A stretch of DNA of 64,000 nt from Eledone cirrhosa (Eukaryota): assembly GCA_964016885.1 (NCBI GenBank), contig OZ024743.1, positions 305,846,001-305,910,000 on the forward strand, given 5' to 3'. Under the pieces are notes generated by a model. It had not been told where the DNA came from and made no database searches. It saw only the letters and a list, made by a program, of their open reading frames with translations. Made by a program: the position numbers and the translations under genes. This document shows, piece by piece, positions 53,745 to 64,000 of the stretch; the first letter of the stretch is position 1; every line of letters begins with the position of its first letter.

Positions 53745-53988
53745 CACTGTTCATTTTACTGATGTTTGTGCATTGCCCTATGTACTGTACATGCACTTTT
53801 TTGATGGGTTGTGGTGCACCTGGGCACTGTGCACAATATTTCATTATTGTTATTGTTATTATATCATGACTCATACACTGTTTATTTTCCTGACATTTGT
53901 ACATTATTCTATGTAATATACATGCACCTTTGATGAGTTGTAGTGCACCTGAGCACTGTACACAATAATTTCATTATTATTTTTATTA
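53745..53988 (+). repeat. LINE 3' UTR: two diverged tandem copies (131-bp offset) of an about 115-bp terminal module with stem-loop and (ATT)n tail
   Basis: 53745-53861 aligns with 53876-53988 at roughly 85% identity. Each copy has TGT(G/A)GTGC-ACCTG(G/A)-GCACTGT(G/A) followed by TTTCATTATT...TTATTA. Confidence 0.88.
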
Positions 53989-56900
53989 TCTCTAGGTACA
54001 GTATATATACCTTTGAGAACTGAGATGATCTATATCTCTGGCTACAGTATATATACATTAGAGCACAGAGATGGTCTAATTCTCTAGGTTCAGTATATAT
54101 ACCCTAGAGAACAGAGATGATCTATATGTCTAGGTACAGTATATATACCTTAGAGAACAGAGTTGGTCTATATCTATAGGTACAGTATATATACCTTAGA
54201 GAACAGAGATGGTCTATATCTCTAGGTACAGTATATATACCCTAGAAACAGAGATGGTCTATATGTCTAGGTACAGTATATATACCTTAGAGAACAGAGA
54301 TAGTCTATATCTCTAGATACAGTATATTTTCCCTAGAGAACAGAGATGGTCTATATGTCTAGGTACAGTATATATACCCTAGAGTACAGATTTGGTCTAT
54401 ATCTCTAGGTACAGTATATATGCCCTAGAGAACAGAGATGGTCTATATCTCTAGGTACAGTATATATACCTTAGAGAACAGAGATGGTCTATATCTCTAG
54501 GTACAGTATATATACCTTAGAGAACAGAGATGGTCTATATGTCTAGATACAGTATATATACCTTACAGAACAGAGATAGTCTATATCTCTAGGTACAGTA
54601 TATATACCTTAGAGAACATAGATGGTCTATATTTCTGGGTACAGTATGTTTACCCTAGAGAACAGAGATAGTCTATATCTCTAGGTACAGTATATATACC
54701 CTAGAGAAGAGAGATGGTCTATATCTCTAGGTACAATATATATACCTTAGAGAACAGAGATGGTATATATCTCTAGGTACCCTAGAGAACAGAGATGGTC
54801 TATATGTCTAGGTACCCTAGAGAACAGAGATGGTCTATTTTGTCTAGGTACAATACATTTACCTTAAAGAAGAGAGATGGTCTATATCTCTAGGTACAGT
54901 GTATATACCTTAGAGAACAGAGATGGTCTATATCTATAGGTACAGTATATATACCCTAGAGAACAGAGATAGTCTATATCTCTAGGTACACTATATATAC
55001 GCTAGAGAACAGATATGGTCAATATGTCTAGGTACAGTATATATACCTTAGAGAACAGAGATGGTCTATATCTCCAAGTACAGTATATATGCATTAGAGA
55101 ACAGAGATGATCTATATATCTAGGTACAGTATATATACCCTACAGAATAGAGATGGTCTATATCTCTAGGTACACTACATATACCCTGGAGTACAGAGAT
55201 GGTCTATATCTCTAGGTACAGTATATATACCTTAGAGAACAGAGATGGTCTATATGTCTAGGTAAAATATATATACCTTAAAGAAGAGAGATGGTCTATA
55301 TCTCTAGGTACAGTATATATACCTTAGAGAACCGAGATGGTCTATATCTCTAGGTACACTATATATACGCTAGAGAACAGATATGGTCTATATGTCTAGG
55401 TAAAATATATATACCTTAGAGAACAGAGATGCTCTATATCTCTAGTTACACTATATATACCTTAGAGAACAGTGATAGTCTATATCTCTAGGTACAGTAT
55501 ATATAACTTTGAGAACTGAGATGGTCTATATCTCTGGGTACAGTATATATACCTTTGAGAACAGAGATGGTCTAGTTCTCTAGGTTCAGTATATAAACCC
55601 TAGAGAACAGAGATGGTCTATAAGTCTAGGTACAGTATATATACCTTAGAGAACAGAGATAGTCTATATCTCTATATACAGTATATATACCCTAGAGAAG
55701 AGAGATGGTCTATATCTCTAGGTACAGTACATATACCCTGGAGTACAGAGATGGTCTATATCTCTAGGTACAGTATATATACCTTAGAGAACAGAGATGG
55801 TCTATATGTCTAGGTAAAATATATATACCTTAAAGAAGAGAGATGGTCTATATCTCTAGGTACAGTATATATACGCTAGAGAACAGATATGGTCTATAAG
55901 TTTAGGTACCGTACATATACCTTAGAGAACAGAGATGCTCTATATCTCTAGGTACACTATATATACCTTAGAGAACAGTGATAGTCTATATCTCTAGGTA
56001 CAGTATATATACCTTTGAGAACTTAGATGGTCTATATCCCTGGGTACAGTATATATACCTTAGAGAACAGAGATGGTCTATATCTCTAGGTACAGTATAT
56101 ATACCCTAGAAACAGAGATAGTCTATATGTCTAGGTACCGTATATATACCTGAGAGAACTGAGATAGTCTATATCTCTAGATACAGTATATATACCCTAG
56201 AGACCAGAGATGGTCTATATCTCTAGGTACAGTATATATACCTTAGAGAACAGAGATGGTCTATATCTCTAGGTACAGTATATATACCTTAGAGAACAGA
56301 GATGGTCTATATGTCTAGATACAGTATATATACCTTAGAGAACAGAGATAGTCTATATCTCTAGGTACAGTTTATATACCTTAGAGAACATAGATGGTCT
56401 ATATCTCTGGGTACAGTATGTTTACCCTAGAGAACAGAGATAGTCTATATCTCTAGGTACAGTATATATACCCTAGAGAAGAGAGATGGTCTATATATCT
56501 AGGTACAGTATAAATACCCTAGAGAACAGAGATGGTCTATATCTCTAGGTACAGTATATATACCCTGGAGAACAGAGATGGTCTATATGTCTAGGTACAG
56601 TATATATACCTTAAAGAAGAGAGATGGTCTGTATCTCTAGGTCCAGTATATATACCTTAAAGAAGAGAGATGGTCTATATGTCTAGGTACAGTATATATA
56701 CCTTAGAGAACAGAGATGGTCTATATCTCTAGGTATAGTATATATACCCTAGAGAAGAGAGATGGTCTATATCTCTAGGTACAGTATATATACCCTAGAG
56801 AAGAGAGATTGTCTATATCTCTAGGTACAGTATATATACCTTAGAGAACAGAGATAGTCTATATCTCTAGGTACAGTATATATACCTTTGAGAACAGAGA

Positions 56901-59900
56901 TGGTCTATATCTCTAGGTACAGTATATATACCTTAGAGAACAGAGATAGTCTATATCTCTAGGTACAGTATATATACCTTTGAGAACAGAGATGGTCTAT
57001 ATCTCTAGGTACAGTATATATACCTTAGAGAACAGAGATGGTCTATATCTCTAGGTACAGTATATATACCTTAGAGAACAGAAATGGTCTAGATCTCTAG
57101 GTACAGTATAAATAGCCTAGAGAACAGAGATGGTCTATATCTCTAGGTACAGTATATATACCTTAGAGAACAGAGATGGTCTATATGTCTAGGTACCGTA
57201 TATATACCTTAAAGAAGAGAGATGGCCTATATCTCTAGGTACTGTATATATACCTTAAAGAACAGAGATGGTCTATATGTCTAAGTACAGTGTATATACC
57301 CTAGAGAACAGAGATGGTCTATATCTCTAGGTACACTATATATATCCTAGAGAACAGAGATGGTCTATATGTCTAGGTACAGTATATATACCATAGAGAA
57401 CAGAGATGGTCTATATATCTTGGTACACTATATATACCCTAGAGAACAGAGATGGTCTATATGTCTAGGTACAGTATATATACCCTAGAGAACAGAGATG
57501 TCTATATCTCTAGGTACAGTATATATACCCTAGAGAACAGAGATGTTCTATATGTCTAGGTACAGTATATATACCTTAGAGAACAGAGATGGTCTATATG
57601 TCTAGGTACAATATATATACCTTAAAGAAGAGAGATGGTCTATATGTCTAGGTACAGTATATATACCCTAGAGAACAGAGATGTCTATATCTCTGGGTAC
57701 AGTATATATACCCTAGAGAACAGAGATGTTCTATATGTCTAGGTACAGTATATATACCTTAGAGAACAGAGATGGTCTATATCTCTAGGTACAGTATATA
57801 TACCTTAGAGAACAGAGATGGTCTATATCTCTAGGTACAGTATATATACCTTAGAGAACAGAGATGGTCTATATGTCTAGGTAAAATATATATACCTTAA
57901 AGAAGAGAGATGGTCTATATCTCTAGGTACAGTATATATACCTTAGAGAACCGAGATGGTCTATATCTCTAGGTACACTATATATACGCTAGAGAACAGA
58001 TATGGTCTATATGTCTAGGTAAAATATATATACCTTAGAGAACAGAGATGCTCTATATCTCTAGTTACACTATATATACCTTAGAGAACAGTGATAGTCT
58101 ATATCTCTAGGTACAGTATATATACCTTTGAGAACTGAGATGGTCTATATCTCTGGGTACAGTATATATACCTTTGAGAACAGAGATGGTCTAGTTCTCT
58201 AGGTTCAGTATATAAACCCTAGAGAACAGAGATGGTCTATAAGTCTAGGTACAGTATATATACCTTAGAGAACAGAGATAGTCTATATCTCTATATACAG
58301 TATATATACCCTAGAGAAGAGAGATGGTCTATATCTCTAGGTACAGTACATATACCCTGGAGTACAGAGATGGTCTATATGTCTAGGTAAAATATATATA
58401 CCTTAAAGAAGAGAGATGGTCTATATCTCTAGGTACAGTATATATACGCTAGAGAACAGATATGGTCTATAAGTTTAGGTACCGTACATATACCTTAGAG
58501 AACAGAGATGCTCTATATCTCTAGGTACACTATATATACCTTAGAGAACAGTGATAGTCTATATCTCTAGGTACAGTATATATACCTTTGAGAACTTAGA
58601 TGGTCTATATCCCTGGGTACATTATATATACCTTAGAGAACAGAGATGGTCTATATCTCTAGGTACAGTATATATACCCTAGAAACAGAGATAGTCTATA
58701 TGTCTAGGTACCGTATATATACCTGAGAGAACTGAGATAGTCTATATCTCTAGATACAGTATATATACCCTAGAGACCAGAGATGGTCTATATCTCTAGG
58801 TACAGTATATATACCTTAGAGAACAGAGATGGTCTATATCTCTAGGTACAGTATATATACCTGAGAGAACTGAGATAGTCTATATCTCTAGATACAGTAT
58901 ATATACCCTAGAGACCAGAGATGGTCTATATCTCTAGGTACAGTATATATACCTTAGAGAACAGAGATAGTCTATATCTCTAGGTACAGTTTATATACCT
59001 TAGAGAACATAGATGGTCTATATCTCTGGGTACAGTATGTTTACCCTAGAGAACAGAGATAGTCTATATCTCTAGGTACAGTATATATACCCTAGAGAAG
59101 AGAGATGGTCTATATATCTAGGTACAGTATAAATACCCTAGAGAACAGAGATGGTCTATATCTCTAGGTACAGTATATATACCCTGGAGAACAGAGATGG
59201 TCTATATGTCTAGGTACAGTATATATACCTTAAAGAAGAGAGATGGTCTGTATCTCTAGGTCCAGTATATATACCTTAAAGAAGAGAGATGGTCTATATG
59301 TCTAGGTACAGTATATATACCTTAGAGAACAGAGATGGTCTATATCTCTAGGTATAGTATATATACCCTAGAGAAGAGAGATGGTCTATATCTCTAGGTA
59401 CAGTATATATACCCTAGAGAAGAGAGATTGTCTATATCTCTAGGTACAGTATATATACCTTAGAGAACAGAGATAGTCTATATCTCTAGGTACAGTATAT
59501 ATACCTTTGAGAACAGAGATGGTCTATATCTCTAGGTACAGTATATATACCTTAGAGAACAGAGATAGTCTATATCTCTAGGTACAGTATATATACCTTT
59601 GAGAACAGAGATGGTCTATATCTCTAGGTACAGTATATATACCTTAGAGAACAGAGATGGTCTATATCTCTAGGTACAGTATATATACCTTAGAGAACAG
59701 AAATGGTCTAGATCTCTAGGTACAGTATAAATAGCCTAGAGAACAGAGATGGTCTATATCTCTAGGTACAGTATATATACCTTAGAGAACAGAGATGGTC
59801 TATATGTCTAGGTACCGTATATATACCTTAAAGAAGAGAGATGGCCTATATCTCTAGGTACTGTATATATACCTTAAAGAACAGAGATGGTCTATATGTC

Positions 59901-62900
59901 TAAGTACAGTGTATATACCCTAGAGAACAGAGATGGTCTATATCTCTAGGTACACTATATATATCCTAGAGAACAGAGATGGTCTATATGTCTAGGTACA
60001 GTATATATACCATAGAGAACAGAGATGGTCTATATATCTTGGTACACTATATATACCCTAGAGAACAGAGATGGTCTATATGTCTAGGTACAGTATATAT
60101 ACCCTAGAGAACAGAGATGTCTATATCTCTAGGTACAGTATATATACCCTAGAGAACAGAGATGTTCTATATGTCTAGGTACAGTATATATACCTTAGAG
60201 AACAGAGATGGTCTATATGTCTAGGTACAATATATATACCTTAAAGAAGAGAGATGGTCTATATGTCTAGGTACAGTATATATACCCTAGAGAACAGAGA
60301 TGTCTATATCTCTGGGTACAGTATATATACCCTAGAGAACAGAGATGTTCTATATGTCTAGGTACAGTATATATACCTTAGAGAACAGAGATGGTCTATA
60401 TCTCTAGGTACAGTATATATACCTTAGAGAACAGAGATGGTCTATATCTCTAGGTACAGTATATATACCTTAGAGAACAGAGATGGTCTATATGTCTAGG
60501 TAAAATATATATACCTTAAAGAAGAGAGATGGTCTATATCTCTAGGTACAGTATATATACCTTAGAGAACCGAGATGGTCTATATCTCTAGGTACACTAT
60601 ATATACGCTAGAGAACAGATATGGTCTATATGTCTAGGTAAAATATATATACCTTAGAGAACAGAGATGCTCTATATCTCTAGTTACACTATATATACCT
60701 TAGAGAACAGTGATAGTCTATATCTCTAGGTACAGTATATATACCTTTGAGAACTGAGATGGTCTATATCTCTGGGTACAGTATATATACCTTTGAGAAC
60801 AGAGATGGTCTAGTTCTCTAGGTTCAGTATATAAACCCTAGAGAACAGAGATGGTCTATAAGTCTAGGTACAGTATATATACCTTAGAGAACAGAGATAG
60901 TCTATATCTCTATATACAGTATATATACCCTAGAGAAGAGAGATGGTCTATATCTCTAGGTACAGTACATATACCCTGGAGTACAGAGATGGTCTATATG
61001 TCTAGGTAAAATATATATACCTTAAAGAAGAGAGATGGTCTATATCTCTAGGTACAGTATATATACGCTAGAGAACAGATATGGTCTATAAGTTTAGGTA
61101 CCGTACATATACCTTAGAGAACAGAGATGCTCTATATCTCTAGGTACACTATATATACCTTAGAGAACAGTGATAGTCTATATCTCTAGGTACAGTATAT
61201 ATACCTTTGAGAACTTAGATGGTCTATATCCCTGGGTACAGTATATATACCTTAGAGAACAGAGATGGTCTATATCTCTAGGTACAGTATATATACCCTA
61301 GAAACAGAGATAGTCTATATGTCTAGGTACCGTATATATACCTGAGAGAACTGAGATAGTCTATATCTCTAGATACAGTATATATACCCTAGAGACCAGA
61401 GATGGTCTATATCTCTAGGTACAGTATATATACCTTAGAGAACAGAGATGGTCTATATCTCTAGGTACAGTATATATACCTTAGAGAACAGAGATGGTCT
61501 ATATGTCTAGATACAGTATATATACCTTAGAGAACAGAGATAGTCTATATCTCTAGGTACAGTTTATATACCTTAGAGAACATAGATGGTCTATATCTCT
61601 GGGTACAGTATGTTTACCCTAGAGAACAGAGATAGTCTATATCTCTAGGTACAGTATATATACCCTAGAGAAGAGAGATGGTCTATATATCTAGGTACAG
61701 TATAAATACCCTAGAGAACAGAGATGGTCTATATCTCTAGGTACAGTATATATACCCTGGAGAACAGAGATGGTCTATATGTCTAGGTACAGTATATATA
61801 CCTTAAAGAAGAGAGATGGTCTGTATCTCTAGGTCCAGTATATATACCTTAAAGAAGAGAGATGGTCTATATGTCTAGGTACAGTATATATACCTTAGAG
61901 AACAGAGATGGTCTATATCTCTAGGTATAGTATATATACCCTAGAGAAGAGAGATGATCTATATCTCTAGGTACAGTATATATACCCTAGAGAAGAGAGA
62001 TTGTCTATATCTCTAGGTACAGTATATATACCTTAGAGAACAGAGATAGTCTATATCTCTAGGTACAGTATATATACCTTTGAGAACAGAGATGGTCTAT
62101 ATCTCTAGGTACAGTATATATACCTTAGAGAACAGAGATAGTCTATATCTCTAGGTACAGTATATATACCTTTGAGAACAGAGATGGTCTATATCTCTAG
62201 GTACAGTATATATACCTTAGAGAACAGAGATGGTCTATATCTCTAGGTACAGTATATATACCTTAGAGAACAGAGATGGTCTAGATCTCTAGGTACAGTA
62301 TAAATAGCCTAGAGAACAGAGATGGTCTATATCTCTAGGTACAGTATATATACCTTAGAGAACAGAGATGGTCTATATGTCTAGGTACCGTATATATACC
62401 TTAAAGAAGAGAGATGGCCTATATCTCTAGGTACTGTATATATACCTTAAAGAACAGAGATGGTCTATATGTCTAAGTACAGTGTATATACCCTAGAGAA
62501 CAGAGATGGTCTATATCTCTAGGTACACTATATATATCCTAGAGAACAGAGATGGTCTATATGTCTAGGTACAGTATATATACCATAGAGAACAGAGATG
62601 GTCTATATCTCTTGGTACACTATATATACCCTAGAGAACAGAGATGGTCTATATGTCTAGGTACAGTATATATACCCTAGAGAACAGAGATGTCTATATC
62701 TCTAGGTACAGTATATATACCCTAGAGAACAGAGATGTTCTATATGTCTAGGTACAGTATATATACCTTAGAGAACAGAGATGGTCTATATGTCTAGGTA
62801 CAATATATATACCTTAAAGAAGAGAGATGGTCTATATGTCTAGGTACAGTATATATACCCTAGAGAACAGAGATGTCTATATCTCTAGGTACAGTATATA

Positions 62901-64000
62901 TACCCTAGAGAACAGAGATGTTCTATATGTCTAGGTACAGTATATATACCTTAGAGAACAGAGATGGTCTATATCTCTAGGTACAGTATATATACCTTAG
63001 AGAACAGAGATAGTCTATATCTCTAGGTACAGTATATATACCTCAGAGAACAGAGATGGTCTATATCTCTAGGTACAGTATATATACCTTAGAAAACAGA
63101 GATGGTCTAGATCTCTAGGTTCAGTATATATACCCTAGAGAACAGATATGGTCTATATCTCTAGGTACAGTATATATACCCTAGAGAACAGATTTGGTCT
63201 ATATCTCTAGGTACACTATATATACCCTAGAGGACAGAGATGGTCTATATGTCTAGGTACAGTATATATACCCTAGAGAACAGAGATGGTCTATATCTCT
63301 AGGTACAGTATATATACCCTAGAGAACAGAGATGGTCTATATCTCTAGGTACAGTATATATACCCTAGAGAACAAAGATGGTCTATATCTCTAGGTACAG
63401 TATATATACCCTAGAGAACAGAGATAGTCTATATCTCTAGGTACACTATATATACGCTAGAGAACAGATATGGTCAATATGTCTAGGTACAGTATATATA
63501 CCTTAGAGAACAGAGATGGTCTATATCTCCAAGTACAGTATATATGCATTAGAGAACAGAGATGATCTATATATCTAGGTACAGTATATATACCCTACAG
63601 AATAGAGATGGTCTATATCTCTAGGTACACTACATATACCCTGGAGTACAGAGATGGTCTATATCTCTAGGTACAGTATATATACCTTAGAGAACAGAGA
63701 TGGTCTATATGTCTAGGTAAAATATATATACCTTAAAGAAGAGAGATGGTCTATATCTCTAGGTACAGTATATATACCTTAGAGAACCGAGATGGTCTAT
63801 ATCTCTAGGTACACTATATATACGCTAGAGAACAGATATGGTCTATATGTCTAGGTAAAATATATATACCTTAGAGAACAGAGATGCTCTATATCTCTAG
63901 TTACACTATATATACCTTAGAGAACAGTGATAGTCTATATCTCTAGGTACAGTATATATACCTTTGAGAACTGAGATGGTCTATATCTCTGGGTACAGTA
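53989..64000. repeat. 46-bp tandem satellite DNA array, right arm (continues beyond the window end)
   Basis: Same monomer and orientation as the left arm; resumes at TCTCTAGGTACAGTATATATACCTTTGAGAACTGAG. Confidence 0.99.
55210..63000. repeat. About 2.6-kb higher-order repeat (about 57 monomers, about 3 copies)
   Basis: ACCGAG at 55331, 57950 and 60569 (2,619-bp spacing); GTCCAG at 56641, 59260 and 61833 (2,619 and 2,573 bp, the latter one monomer shorter). Boundaries are approximate. Confidence 0.85.

Larger units (their letters stand above)
48826..53988 (+). mobile_element. Apparently full-length CR1-clade (CR1/L2 group) non-LTR retrotransposon (LINE), about 5.16 kb
   Basis: Unique sequence between two in-register satellite halves: a 765-bp AT-rich leader, ORF1 (PHD-like finger, coiled coil, RRM-like), ORF2 (APE + RT, no RNase H, CR1-type C-terminus TRGH..K...FF..RV...WNKLP), and a 3' UTR ending in a stem-loop and (ATT)n-like tail. 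No LTRs or TIRs. Confidence 0.95.

Noticed and set aside
50522-53916. Other short ORFs overlapping ORF1, ORF2 and the 3' UTR on either strand
   Set aside because: No recognisable motifs; expected shadow frames of long coding regions and low-complexity UTR.
48824-53988. Tc1/mariner-like DNA transposon suggested by the flanking TA dinucleotides
   Set aside because: No terminal inverted repeats or DDE transposase; the element encodes APE + RT and ends in a LINE-type tail.

Overview
This is eukaryotic, probably animal, heterochromatin-type DNA with no host genes. About 92% of the window is one head-to-tail 46-bp AT-rich satellite (consensus AGTATATATACC[T/C]TAGAGAACAGAGATGGTCTATATCTCTAGGTAC). 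The monomer is semi-palindromic, and the array is organised into nested, recent multi-kb higher-order duplications (about 1.8-2.7, 3.5, 3.7, 8.5 and 10.6 kb). It is interrupted once, at about 48826-53988, by an apparently full-length CR1-clade non-LTR retrotransposon with both ORFs open. ORF1 has an atypical all-Cys PHD-like zinc finger, Q/H-rich repeats, a coiled coil and an RRM-like domain. ORF2 encodes an APE endonuclease and reverse transcriptase, has no AUG ahead of the endonuclease, and overlaps ORF1 in the -1 frame. The 3' UTR holds two diverged copies of a stem-loop + (ATT)n terminal module. The satellite resumes in exact register after the element, with at most a 2-bp TA duplication. 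Centromeric identity, targeting and activity are inferences that cannot be proven from this sequence alone.
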